A stretch of DNA of 63,145 nt, filler included, from Octopus bimaculoides (GCF_001194135.2; 6 parts of 5 records of this genome joined end to end with filler, not necessarily neighbours in it); one strand, 5' to 3'. Numbered from the whole stretch's first letter, positions 12,176 to 25,774 are shown. Numbers and translations are program-made. The notes: a model not told the origin generated them from the sequence alone.

Positions 12176-12570
12176 ATGGAAATTGGTGACATGAATCAAC
12201 TGTTGATTTGGAAATGTAACAACAAACCTGTTAGTTGTGAATTTACACAGAAGACATTCGGTGAATATGAATATTTAAGAGATATAGTATTATTCAAATC
12301 TATAACAGTCGTCATATTGTGTAGCAGAAATCTCAGCAAAAATAGAGCAGACTACGGTTGTTTAGTTCCATAGAACAGTTCTTGAACCACCACAGAATTT
12401 GCAATTAACGTCTTCACCAAGTAAGCCTCACAGTATAGAGCAAATTTAAGCAACTGTGAAGAAATATACACTCATGAATAAAGCAAATGTATCTTGAAGT
12501 ATAACATTAGATCATCCGGCAATAAATATCAGTTTTCGCATGAAGACATTTTATTACCAGAGTAAATTAT
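12176..12570 (+). pseudogene. Degenerate FN3-like coding remnant
   Basis: NQLLIWKCNNKPVSCEF, then in another frame VV*FHRTVLEPPQNLQLTSSPSKPHSI (FN3 start motif LxPPxNL). Contains stops and frameshifts. Confidence 0.4.
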
Positions 12571-13303
12571 TGCTTCTTGAAGTAAATAACGTATCATATT
12601 AAATTGTACTTTAGTCTCTTATTTTATATAACCATAGGAGGTTTTGTGATTGACACGTTGCAAATTAATATTTTGAAATGTTAGTCAACATAAAAATATT
12701 TTGAAATGATCGTCAACATATAAATAATTTTACATCCGATATATCTTTATAGGAAGAAGAGTTGTTGAAATTTAGCATACATCGCAGAGAAGTTTCAACG
12801 AAGGACTGAGTGTCTCGACGTCGACAGTAGATCTAAGTGTAAATTATTCTTTAGTAAAGGCGAATTTAACATGTCAGTTAAGTCATGGCCTTTAATAACT
12901 GTACTTCAGATTGCGGATGAAATAGGAAGGAGGACATCAAATGCTGGCAGGATGTAAGAGCAAGCTGGAAGAAGAAACTGCTTTACATGTTCGTCACAAA
13001 CTGATCATAAACCTGCCAAGCATCAGATGTTACAGAATGAGATTTTATTTATCATAGACAATTGCACTGATCAAATTGCTGAACAGAGAATCATATGTGA
13101 TTAAAAATAGGTGTCTTATGACAATTTGAAGTATGCACGCTACATACTTTGTAAATTGAAGCGATTGATCTAGATTAAAAATTTAGTTATTCCCGAAACC
13201 TATGTTTCAGTTAACTTGCACGGGAACATTATAACATATCATCCACTATAAATTCCTGATTCCTGGAAACAAAATTATTATAGATAAGTGTAAATAGAAA
13301 TGC

Positions 13304-13358
<55 letters not shown>

Positions 13359-13360
<2 letters not shown>

Positions 13361-13515
13361 CGACTGGGCTTCTTTCAGTTTCCGTCCACCCAATCCACTT
13401 ACAAGACTTTGGTCGGACCGTGGCTATAGTAGAAGACACTTGCCCAAGGTTCCACGCAGCGGGACTGAACCCGGAACCATGTGGTTGGGAAGCAAGCTTG
13501 TTACCACACAGCCAC
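13359..13515 (-). mobile_element. Full-length tRNA-derived SINE family A
   Basis: The minus strand reads GTGGCTGTGTGGTAACAAGCTTGCTTCCCAACCACATGGTTCCGGGTTCAGTCCC...CCTTGGGCAAGTGTCTTC...GGAAACTGAAAGAAGCCC. Confidence 0.88.
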
Positions 13516-14907
13516 TCCTGCGTCTATTGTATACATTTCGAAAGAAAGTCTGCTTTGTAGATCGTGAATAAAAAGTTGTGTGGTTTGAACACGCAAGCAA
13601 GTGATTCGGATGAAGTTACTATAAAGCATCAAATCTATAATTCATTTGCCCCTCTCATCTTCACTGATTTGTTTACTGCGTCTAGCTTTTAAGACTTACA
13701 ACAAATAAAAAGAGACAAAAATATCAAATCTTAGCGTATCTCTTCCCAGTATTTTTTTTTTCATTCTTACATTCTAATGTTCCAACCCGGTCAATATCAC
13801 TCATGCGTTATGCTAGCATTGAAAAAAAAAACAAAGATTGTATCTGTGTCTACATCCATACCTATATTATCTGATATTTAAGATTAATCAGCTGTTGTTG
13901 TGCTGTCCATTTGACACATGGGAAATAATTCCAGGCATTATTTTTACTTAATTCCTTTTTCTATGAGGTCTCAGGAGTGCAACTGTTTAAATCTATGTAC
14001 CGCTCTGTAGAAAAACAAAATCGATCGTATTGCTTTAATTCAGATACTTTAATCTTCAAAAATGTCTCAGTACAATGAATTAACACAAATACTATACCAT
14101 CAAAGAAAGCAATGTCACTTAGTTCTCTTTCTTACAGTCTAGCTTCTATTCAGAACGGACACTATTTTACTTCTTACTAAACTTGATTCATTAAAAACAA
14201 ACAACTATTAGTATTGATTCAGTATTTCAGTGGAATATACCATTTCACGGTAAACTGTGTGGCAAATGTGAATATGTAATACATCACGATCGTTGTTGTT
14301 TTGTTTACCTTCAAATCAACCTTGGTTGGATCAGACCTACAGTGAAATTTTTTAAAGCCGTGTCTACCCTATTTACTACCGTATATTTTATTTGGCTGCT
14401 TATTGTAGAAGGTTGACTACCAGCTTAGCGGTTTCCTCACTCACTCGTTATTGTATCTGTTACTATAATCCTTTTCATAATATGAAAATAGTCATTGGTA
14501 TTCTTGCCTTAAAAATCACGACCCTGATTATAAGAGTCATAATCATCATCTTCGTCGTCGTCATAATTTTAATTTAAGAAGTAGCAACAACTAAATCGTT
14601 TGTATTGTTCACAATTGCTCTAATTGTGTTCACTGATGAGTCAAGTAATGCATGGATATTTTACTAAGAGTATGTATGATAAACTATAATAAAAACTGTA
14701 AAAGGAAGGTCAGTCATCAATGACTCATGACACTTCATATATTTTCTAATGAAAATCTTGTACATAGAGATTTTTCATGAAGGTACAATGCCTCAATTTT
14801 TAGACACAGTTGGGCATGTGTGGCACCGGTGCTCTATGAAGGTTTTACAGACATACCTATACGCACACATACACTCCCACAGATATATACATATTTATAT
14901 ATTTATT

Positions 14908-15343
14908 AAAATAAGCAACAAGGACATCTAAAGTTAATGCCGTACGATCGTTTCATGCAACTCCATTTATTTAAGCGATGTGAACATTACATGAAATGTA
15001 AAATGCAGAGCTACCCTCAACTGCACAAAGATATAGAAATTTACTGAAATTTCATTTCAACAGGACGCATTTTTATAACTACATTTAAACTCTCTTACTA
15101 GCCTGTATGGTCTGGCTAAGTCAAAATGGCTTTTTGTATTTCTTCCTTTCTACTTGGAGAGTTTAAATGTAGTTATAAAAATATGTCCTGTTGAAATGAA
15201 ATTTCAGGAAATTTCTATATCTTTGTCCAGTTGAGGGTAGCTTTGCATTTTACATTTGATGTAATGTTCACATTGCTTAAATAAATGGAATCGCATGAAA
15301 CGATCGTACGGCATTAACTTAGGATATCCTTGTTGCTTATTTT
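14908..15343. mobile_element. Fold-back MITE with ~187-bp inverted arms and a ~60-bp spacer
   Basis: 14908-15094 is the near-perfect reverse complement of 15157-15343. Confidence 0.85.
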
Positions 15344-15672
15344 GATTTTAATCACCTTATTTTGAAATTGTATGGATAATACCATACTTAATTCTGGTGC
15401 CTAAACTCAAGTACCATATTCACCTTGAATCTAAATATTTATATATGTATATATAATATACATGCACTAGCCACGTTAACTTCTTAGTCATGATAAGCAC
15501 ACGCAAAACCAGTCGACTATGTAAATGTTTTTTTTTTTATATATATTATATATCATCCAACATAAAATTCCTTTTCCTTCAATTTCCTTACTTTTCATAT
15601 TTTTCGCAGCAATTCACTGTGCGCAATATAATACATATATAGGTGCACCGCGTGCAACTATATATGTATTAC

Positions 15673-15744
15673 TGCTCCGGCAGGATATCGAAGCCCGGTC
15701 TCCCGTGTGACAGGCGAGGATACTTATTATTATACTACCATGAT
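15673..15744 (-). tRNA. tRNA-Asp(GTC) pseudogene
   Basis: The minus strand TCATGGTAGTATAATAATAAGTATCCTCGCCTGTCACACGGGAGACCGGGCTTCGATATCCTGCCGGAGC aligns to eukaryotic tRNA-Asp-GTC. The anticodon arm is intact; the D-loop GG, T arm and acceptor stem are damaged. Confidence 0.85.
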
Positions 15745-16708
15745 AAAGGGAAATTAATAAACTCTGAGATTTTTATATGACTATATGTGTGACTGTGTGT
15801 GTTGTTTATTCGTGCGTGTATGGGCGTGCGTGTTAAAAGAAATATTTCTTAGATTTATATGAGAATTTCACATTATACAAGAGAGTTTTAGCTAATACAA
15901 ACATCCCAAGTACACGACTGGTACTTATTATCATGACGTTCCCAAAGACATTAAGCTGGTACCGTGTGTCATGATAAAACTTCAACTCATAATGTCGATG
16001 GATATCAAAGAATCTTCTGACGACATATTTAATCTTTTACTGTAGCTGGCCTACTTCTGTTCCAATATCTTTTGAAAGAAATGATTAATGATTGATCGAT
16101 TGATAGATTTATATATGTTAATGAAGCATCAACATCGTATGGAACAATATTATCATATCCCATACTATCATCAAAGTTCTAAGCATTATTATCAATACTA
16201 TTGTCATCGTTATCGGTGTGGCTCTCATGATTCTCATCATTACTGATATTATCTCCAAATATTAAAAATAAAAATAAATGCTTCCTTATTGTGTCTCTTT
16301 ATGATCGTTTAATTTCGTTTCATTTTCTGGTTCGAAATTTACTTTCCTGAAGCACTATGTCTGTTAAGATAATTTCAATAAAACCACTTTAAATCTCTTA
16401 TCCAAATTTACCTTTGATTATATAGTTTAGTTTTTGAGTTTTTTCTTTTTGTTTTTCTATTCTATTTTTGTTTTATTTTCTATCTTTTTGCCTGACTGCA
16501 TCATTAAAGTTCTTTTATGATAGAGACGTTCCCTTTTATTTTGTACTCGATTATTTCCCTTGATTGCAAATGGTAACATTTTCTTCATCTTTTCATCTCA
16601 GTGTCTTCTTGATGTCTCATCCAAATACATGCATACACACATACATACATACATACATCAAGCATGCATAAATATATACGTAAAATAATGCATACATACA
16701 TACGAACC

Positions 16709-16743
<35 letters not shown>

Positions 16744-16769
16744 ACTTGTTTTGCTGATGCCATTCTTTT

Positions 16770-17190
16770 CCTTGTGTTTTTTTATGGCCTCTTGCTTTAG
16801 AGGATGCTTCCCAAGTGTATGCTTCTTCAGTGCATCAGTTGTTTGCTATTTCTTTGATTTTTATCCTTGTTGCAGTTTAAACATTCAGGTTATTCTTAGT
16901 TTTGATAGAAATAAGCAGCCTATAAAACCAATCTTCTTCATTTTTAACGTTGACCTCAAACTCAGCCACTGATTCAATGAAGCAGAAACGCAATCTTTGA
17001 GAATTTCTTTCTTCTACTTCCATTTAATGGCGGCATATTACATCTAGTTCATTAATTCAAAGATATTTCGCATCCCTTTCATGACCTCTTTAAACGTTTT
17101 CTGAAGCCACGCTTGATTATTTTGGTGCAAGCTTCTCTTCTTGTCAGATAAACACTTTTGGCAGAACACGTACCTTATTTTCCACCATCT
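16770..17190 (-). mobile_element. Possible DNA-transposon (MULE-like) protein remnant
   Basis: Broken frames including MEVEERNSQRLRFCFIESVAEFEVNVKNEEDWFYRLLISIKTKNNLNV. Weak resemblance only. Confidence 0.25.
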
Positions 17191-17225
17191 TATATACATA
17201 TAGATACAAACAAACATACATGCAT

Positions 17226-17274
<49 letters not shown>

Positions 17275-18880
17275 NNNNNNNNNNNNNNNNNNNNNNNNNN
17301 NNNNNNNNNNNNNNNNNNNNNNNNNNNNNNNNNNNNNNNNNNNNNNNNNNNNNNNNNNNNNNNNNNNNNNNNNNNNNNNNNNNNNNNNNNNNNNNNNNNN
17401 NNNNNNNNNNNNNNNNNNNNNNNNNNNNNNNNNNNNNNNNNNNNNNNNNNNNNNNNNNNNNNNNNNNNNNNNNNNNNNNNNNNNNNNNNNNNNNNNNNNN
17501 NNNNNNNNNNNNNNNNNNNNNNNNNNNNNNNNNNNNNNNNNNNNNNNNNNNNNNNNNNNNNNNNNNNNNNNNNNNNNNNNNNNNNNNNNNNNNNNNNNNN
17601 NNNNNNNNNNNNNNNNNNNNNNNNNNNNNNNNNNNNNNNNNNNNNNNNNNNNNNNNNNNNNNNNNNNNNNNNNNNNNNNNNNNNNNNNNNNNNNNNNNNN
17701 NNNNNNNNNNNNNNNNNNNNNNNNNNNNNNNNNNNNNNNNNNNNNNNNNNNNNNNNNNNNNNNNNNNNNNNNNNNNNNNNNNNNNNNNNNNNNNNNNNNN
17801 NNNNNNNNNNNNNNNNNNNNNNNNNNNNNNNNNNNNNNNNNNNNNNNNNNNNNNNNNNNNNNNNNNNNNNNNNNNNNNNNNNNNNNNNNNNNNNNNNNNN
17901 NNNNNNNNNNNNNNNNNNNNNNNNNNNNNNNNNNNNNNNNNNNNNNNNNNNNNNNNNNNNNNNNNNNNNNNNNNNNNNNNNNNNNNNNNNNNNNNNNNNN
18001 NNNNNNNNNNNNNNNNNNNNNNNNNNNNNNNNNNNNNNNNNNNNNNNNNNNNNNNNNNNNNNNNNNNNNNNNNNNNNNNNNNNNNNNNNNNNNNNNNNNN
18101 NNNNNNNNNNNNNNNNNNNNNNNNNNNNNNNNNNNNNNNATACACACACACAAATATGTACACAAATAAATACAAATCTACAGGTATATACGCACTTGTT
18201 TGCTTGTATATATGTATGACTATATATGAATATCTCTGTCAATATATACATATATATATATATATACCACCACATACATATATGAAAATCGATGTATAGA
18301 TGTCTGTTTCTCTCAAAGAGCTTTCTTTTTTTAATATACAAATAGAAGACTGCTTATTAAACAAACAACATTAAAAATAGACTAGACATGTCGAACATAA
18401 AGAAATTATGAAATATTGATCAAAAGTTACCCAACGGGATAATTGAACGTTCCTGCAGCTATTCACGTCATCAGCCACTTGGGAGAACTATTTGTTTAGC
18501 CACACAGTATATTGCAGTTGTTAATTGTGCAAGGGTTTACAATATACAACAAACAAGGACGAAAACATTACATATTTCAGATAAACAATCTCATACAAAG
18601 TTTGAAATATTTTCAGACTTCCAAACACACACGAGAATGCCAGGACACATAGAGCATTTAGACGCATATTAATTATGAATTGATGTAGTGTGAATCGAGT
18701 AAGATATTTAATCACTAATATTTCACAACGACTCAAGTACACATTCGATACTGTTTTCTATCTATAGAAATTAAAGATATGGGAACCATGTTCGTAAAAT
18801 ACACCATATAAAACAATCTTGAATATTCAGAAGTCACTATCAGCAGTCCGTGAAGCGATCTGTCAGGAAGTTCTCCCCAC

Positions 18881-18943
<63 letters not shown>

Positions 18944-19429
18944 TGTTCATCAGTAGGGTAGAGTAATGTGTTTACATTCTTATTTAACCCACAGTGCGTC
19001 TTTGTAATATTTAACTTTATTTCAGTTCAGATTTGCGCTGTGTGCGGTATATAGACTGTCTAGATAAGGACGTACCGTCAAATGCATAGTCATTTAAATT
19101 TGGTTACACACCATGGTGGATAACTTAATTCACCACTGCTTTATGTTGTAACTGGTCTATGCTACTGATTCGGGGCAAAGAAACTATGTACATCTTCTCT
19201 GAGGATCAGCAGAGAAACCCTGAAATGATCTGTCAGGAGGCTCCTACCTTCTTATTACCGCAGTAAGAGCGTGATTCCATCCTTTTAAAAACTACAGAGC
19301 GGCGTTTTAATGCTAAAATAAATTTCATTTCTAATTAACGATGTGCTGTTGGTATCTGGAATGTCATCCGGTTCTCATTGCCCTCTACTAGTCTATAATG
19401 CAATAGGTGGATGTTCTACGATAGCTATA

Positions 19430-20110
19430 TATAGAAATCTAGTGGTGTGTAAGCGCGATGACGTTCTCAAAGAAACTATGGGCGTCGATAAAGATGAAGT
19501 AGATGATCTGTTGCGGAATACTTTCGGAATTATTATGGACAACTTCCAGAAAGCCCTACCGAGGAACACTCCGGTTCGAGATAAAGTCTACATGCACAGA
19601 AGTGATGCCAGGAGGCACTGTCCAAGACGCACGCAGAGCGCCGAAACTGTTCTGCACGTAATAGTCAAGTGTTCGAGTATTGGTCACTTTTGGGGGTATG
19701 TCGATTAACTGTTATCGAAAGAATACGAATATCGGTCGAATCTATCGTAAGAATCGCTCTGCCACCCACCTTTAACAAGGTAAGTAGAATGTGTTCCTCC
19801 GTCTAGTGGCTTTGGCGAAAGAGGTGGTGTGGTGAACGAGGCTGAAAGGATTGAGGAAAAATAGCACCCACTTCAGTCAAGCCCAGATCGAACTTTTTAA
19901 GTTCCACTTGAAAAGCGAAGTGAGGGTGGAATGAGAAATGTTACTTCCCAGTCAATTTGTGAAAAGATGGGTGATTGTGGTAAAAATGGTTAGAGTGCAT
20001 GCGCCTATAGATTGGAGAGCAACATTTGGAAGAGGGCTCATGCCTTTGGTGGTCAGGGTTATTATGCTGAATCTGTGGGTTTTCTTGATTGACCCAAGTT
20101 GGGGCATCAC
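19430..20110 (+). mobile_element. Degenerate Tx1/L1-clade LINE ORF2 C-terminus (zf-RVT region)
   Basis: KALPRNTPVRDKVYMH...CPRRTQSAETVLHVIVKCSSIGHFWGYVD, later FFKFHLKS and SQFVKRWVIVVKMVRV, across frameshifts. Confidence 0.7.
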
Positions 20111-23100
20111 TCATGCTATCGCATACTTTGTATAATATGTATACTTTTATCTCATTTCACCGTCTATTTTATTTCTTTCTTTTCCTCTTTTTTTGTAAAT
20201 ACTCGCACAAATCCTTGACTGTCATTGTGATCTTCCCCTCATCCACGCCCCTGTTGCGAATATAGGAAATCATCATCATCATTATTATTGTTGTTCCTTT
20301 TGATGTTATTATTTGACTTAATAGAAAAAAGTTAGTGAGTAGAATCACTCAGTTCTATATACTGAGGTTGTAAACTCCGCTGTATTTGACCTCTTCTATC
20401 TGAAAACCTTAAAGTTCGAAGACACCTCGGAATCATTAGCGACGTCGGTACTAAAACACGAAAGGAATCGCCATTTTAGCATAACGTTACTACTGGGTTA
20501 AAATAGATGTTGACTTTTATTAGACATTTGTAATGGAAGCTACGACAAAGAATGAGAAACTCTCCTCTTCATAACTTTCTTCCTAGGCTCCTTCAATAAA
20601 ACAGCTTTCGGGCTTGGCAATGGTCTTCACTGAGATGATCATTTAGAATTTTCCAATATAACAGCAAAATTATAAATTCTCAGAAGATCTTATAATAATA
20701 TTCAAGGAAGCTACATCTTAAATATTAACTTAGCAATGGCAAAGGTTCCAATATCAAGCATATTTGTCCGTAGCAAAACATAATACCCATAGAAACATAA
20801 ACAATGAGATCATACACGTTCGTAAAAATACTACCTAAAGCACGTATCAAGGATTTCGTAGCTCGTGTATAATTTCATACGAAATAACTTAAAAGTGAGT
20901 CGCTCGTATCTGGACAGTGTGGCTTTCCAGATTCCATTCTTCACTCAGTGACATATATGCCAACATCCAACTTGCAGTTGGAAAACACTTTAAAACCGAC
21001 TACATAGAGGTTTGTTTCTCTCTGAGTTTGCGATGTATAATGCAATTTCAGATTGCGATGTATATGACAATTGCAAATTGAATCTCGAGGTAAACTAGGC
21101 TTTCAGATAATCTATTTAAAATCTAATAAAGCAGCAAACACATTGGACCAGGTCGAATGACAAAGGAAATACTGTACTACTGCTTCTTTGGACATTGTGC
21201 TTCGTACAATCCAATTCAATAGTAAACCTAGTGCTCAACATACAAGGTTCAAATCCTGATACAACCACCAATATCTCACAAGAAAAGATTCGAGTTTTTC
21301 TTACCCAGTCATCATTATTGACTACACGTTTTTCCAGAATCACCATTCAAAAAATTGGCAGGAATTGTCTGACTAATTTTTAAATTACACGAAATTCTCA
21401 AAGCTAGAATTTTCACAACGAATCTAAATATTTTTCATGTACTTTTGTTTTCTTTCCTTCATAGTAACAGTGATAATTATTAGTACCAATTTCGCTATGC
21501 TACGATGCAATCCTGCAGATGAACACTACAATCCAGGGACAATTTACACAAACCATGTCACAATGACATCATTTAATCATTTCAGCTTTTCCTAAATGAC
21601 AGCACATGTTTGGGAAATATCGCTGAATAACGAAGAGAATATGCAACTACATCCCAATACGGAGAGACTTTTTAATATGCACTTGAATATTATGCTTCTG
21701 TTTTTATCAAAATTCTGAACTTAATTTACTTTGTAACTGAAAGGCATCATATATTTTCCCTAATGAAAGTCTAACTTGACTAGAAAGGATTTTGATTGAT
21801 CACTTTTTCTACCTAAAGAGAGAGAAAAACTTGTGAGACAATCACTATGTTAATTTTTCAACATGGTAGCAAAACCTTTCGACATCGGCACCATAGCATA
21901 GCCACTATCCGGTTACAGCTATCATTGCCAAAGTAAATGAACACGTAGATATATACAAGAACACGTATATATCATATATATATGTATATATATATATGTG
22001 TGTGTGTGTGTATTTGTGTGTGTGTATGTGTGTGTGTATGTATGTATGTATGTATGTATGTATGTTTGTGTACCGATTCCTATCCTATATAGTTATATAT
22101 TGAATACCAGTAAAATATAGCGTTTGAAACGATATTTTATGCTTTACAAAAATATTTTTTTAATTTCAGTATTTTTTTTTATTCATTATATATCGTATGT
22201 AAAAATATTTTTGATATACATCGCTATATAATGCATTAAATCACCTTATATTGCTTTTAGTTTTAGAGAGAATATATTAGAAAATATATTACATTATTAA
22301 CGGGTTTGAATAATTCATGAGAGAAATTTTACAAAATGGAAAAAGGAAAGTATAGTTTATATTTGGAGATCCGCCATTCATCTATGATAGACACTTTTTC
22401 AGCAATCAGAATAAACATACATATATATACATACATGCATACATACATACACCCACACACATATACATGCATAAATATATACATACATACATGTGTATGT
22501 ATATTTGTGTGTGTGTGTGTGTGTGTGAGTGTGTGTGTGTGTGTGTGTATGTGTGTGTGTGTGCGTGCGTGTGCGAGTCATACATATAATGTATTAGAAT
22601 ATATCATATACTGTTATTCCCTCAAGCGAATAAATGGAATATTATTTTGTAAATTATTTATCAGAAAAATTGATGATATTATGATTTCACTGTAGGAAAA
22701 TGAAACACCTAAATTTTGTTAGAAAATTGATGATGTTAGTGTTTCAAATAGCTTGAATTTATTTTTGTTGGTTGAGATTAAATAGCTTTTCTATGGCTCT
22801 GTTTTCAAGCATTTTATTTCTCTATATTTTACATAATTTTATATCACCTTTTCATATTTTATGACATATAACTTTATAAACACGTTAATGAAATATATAC
22901 TAATTTGACATAATTTCTAGCAATTTATATATATTGTGTCCAATGATTACATATGACATTAATATATTTGCAAAAATGCATTTCAATATTCTACATTATC
23001 TCTCTAATCACCTTGTAAACCCCATTCTATCAATTGCAAAGTAAAGAAAAGCACAAATTCATCATGGCAGCAATATCAAGTTGCCACTGAAATTACTGGC

Positions 23101-24157
23101 AGGTAAAGCTAGGTTTATATCAATGCAAGCAACTATTCAAATAATCGTCTATACGGAAAATATTTCTGCACTTTATTTATGAAACATTTATCGGCATATC
23201 CTCTGTATATAGGATTCTTTTTTCGGGTACTAGCAATACTATCCGTATTAATAGATTATTAAGCTTCATGTTAAATTCAAATTTTAAAGGAATTTGCAGC
23301 TGTTGAAGTTATTCATGTTATTTTCTGTTGATATTTTAAACAGTTTTATGGAATATATATAGATGAAGTAATAAAGTATGACAGCCTCGAAATATAGTAG
23401 AGCATTGATCTGTGGCTTTTCCTTTTGTATATTTACATATATAGTACTACCATTCATTTCAGTATCTTCATATATTCGCTGTATATTAATTTATGTCTCT
23501 AGTTTGTAACATTTTCCAATATTCCGATAATTTTGTATTAACTTATTGCTTTGTTACTTTTGTAGTATATTCTTAAAGATTGGAATATTTTGGAGGAAGT
23601 AATAATGCTAAATTTCTGTTGCTATCTCAAGCTCATTTTGTTAAAAACAGATGCCATTAATGTGCTAACTCTTTCAGTTTTATTTCACGTTTTCGTAAAA
23701 CTTTTAGTCGGGTTACTGCACAATCCCTTTACATCGAATTACACTATTGATTCCCATAAAAATGCCTGAGAGTGATAATTAAATTGTTACTTAATGCGTG
23801 GTGAAATCGAGTTATACAGTGAATTCGATCAAAACTTTGCTGCCAAGCATTCGTTCTACATATCATTAAATTTAAACATTAATTTATCTCTCAATTATAT
23901 TTATGCTTGGATATCTATCTAACTATCTATCTATCTAGATATGTATGTATGTCTGTATGTGTGTATGTCTGTCTGTCTGTCTGTCTGCCTGTATGTATGT
24001 ATATACGTATGTATGTATTTATGTATGTATGTATGCATGCATGCATACATGTGTGTATGTGTATCGAAAGAATATTCAACAGTGAGCGCAATAAGATCGG
24101 GGAAAGAGTTTCTNNNNNNNNNNNNNNNNNNNNNNNNNNNNNNNNNNNNNNNNNNNN

Positions 24158-24169
24158 TTAATTAATTAA
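24158..24169. other. Artificial scaffolding linker TTAATTAATTAA inside a 100-bp gap (also at 35773-35784, 50463-50474, 54176-54187, 59597-59608)
   Basis: An identical 12-mer with stops in all six frames, flanked by 44 N on each side. Confidence 0.95.
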
Positions 24170-24243
24170 NNNNNNNNNNNNNNNNNNNNNNNNNNNNNNN
24201 NNNNNNNNNNNNNAAGTTCTTATACATTTATAAAGAAAATTAA

Positions 24244-24846
24244 GGGATCAGCAACAAGTTGCTTCACCACATACCGAAGTTCAGAAATAGCAGCTAAAAA
24301 TGCTGAAAACTCCAACAGATAGCAGTTACCCGCAACTCACATAGGCAAAAACAAGAAGAAAAATAACGAACTAAACTAGCCATAGTTAATCATATACATG
24401 TTTCTGGTTTAGAAGGAAAAACTAATCCTTTACCCTTTTAATTGTAATAATTATTCACTCCCGGATAGTAAACCACAGATTTTTCTGCGGTACCGCCTGC
24501 GACGCACATGGTAATTCTTGAGGGAAGATGATGGGCTGGCTCGCCTATGTAGATTTGGAGATACTGTCAAAACGTGTCGATTGCCATGATGGCGCTAGAT
24601 CATGCATGCACATTTGCCAGTATTGTCTAATTTACAACAGGAATATCATACCGATGAGGTAATGAAGTGTTTTTCCTTCTAAACCAGAAACATGTATATG
24701 ATTAACTATGGCTAGTTTAGTTCGTTATTTTTCTTCTTGTTATGCCTATGTGAGTTGCGGGTAACTGCTATCTGTTGGAGTCTTCAGCATTTATAGCTGC
24801 TATTTCTGAACTTCGGTATGTGGTGAAGCAACCTGTTGCTGATCCC
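24244..24846. mobile_element. Non-autonomous DNA transposon with ~180-bp TIRs and TTAA target duplication (Kolobok-like)
   Basis: TTAA|GGGATCAGCAAC...GTTGCTGATCCC|TTAA. Arms are 24244-24422 and 24667-24846. Confidence 0.85.
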
Positions 24847-25045
24847 TTAATTTTGTTTATATATATGCATATGTATATATATATATATATATATNNNNNN
24901 NNNNNNNNNNNNNNNNNNNNNNNNNNNNNNNNNNNNNNNNNNNNNNNNNNNNNNNNNNNNNNNNNNNNNNNNNNNNNNNNNNNNNNNNNNNNNNNNNNNN
25001 NNNNNNNNNNNNNNNNNNNNNNNNNNNTATATACATATATATATA

Positions 25046-25084
<39 letters not shown>

Positions 25085-25321
25085 ATATGCATGTATATAT
25101 GTCTGGATATGTATATATACATATGTATATATTTGCACACACATATGTGAATATCGAGGAGCATTAATACACACACACACACACTGTTTATGTCTCTTTT
25201 TCGCTTACTTCGTCTAAAATATATCGGTTGATGTATTTGGCTATTAATTTACACTACAATTATTTTCTCATATTTTTTTGTCGCGAACCACAACAATCAA
25301 AATATATTGTAATCGAAATAA

Positions 25322-25560
25322 GCGAAACGGAGATTAAAAAATGAGTTACCTTTTGACAAGTCACCTGATGAGAAGCAATACAACTGTACACATAGCATTT
25401 CACCTGCGAGGGTCGGATGTATGATTGGTAGAAACGATCGTGAAATCCATTTTCTTTCTCATATATTTTATAACCTCTACAGACTTGAAGGAATTCCTGA
25501 AGTAAATGCAGAGACATTTACATCCATACTGTTCATGACATCAGGTAGCCGAATACAGTA
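25322..25560 (+). pseudogene. 79-codon open frame, possibly an FN3-like or extracellular-domain remnant
   Basis: ...KQYNCTHSISPARVGCMIG...YRLEGIPEVNAETFTSILF. There is a pyrimidine-rich acceptor-like site before LEGIPEV. An open frame this long could arise by chance. Confidence 0.22.
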
Positions 25561-25677
25561 AATGGGATTTAAGTTGCATCCAAGGTGTATACCCAAATTA
25601 AATACTGCACGTACATATACATATATGTATGGTTTTCTTCGAATGTAAACATGTACAGAAAAAGTGGGAGAGAAATG

Positions 25678-25774
<97 letters not shown>

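Noticed and set aside
12669-12724. 28-bp tandem duplication (and a similar one at 22660-22750)
   Set aside because: Ordinary slippage duplications with no further structure.
23050-23108. Candidate micro-exon ending in CAG|GTAAAG (similar lone donor at 42763)
   Set aside because: Weak acceptor and no recognisable peptide; such sites are frequent by chance.
24158-24169. Conserved TTAATTAATTAA motif seen five times
   Set aside because: Always centred in 44N+44N gaps, so it is an assembly linker. Adjacency across these gaps is also uncertain.
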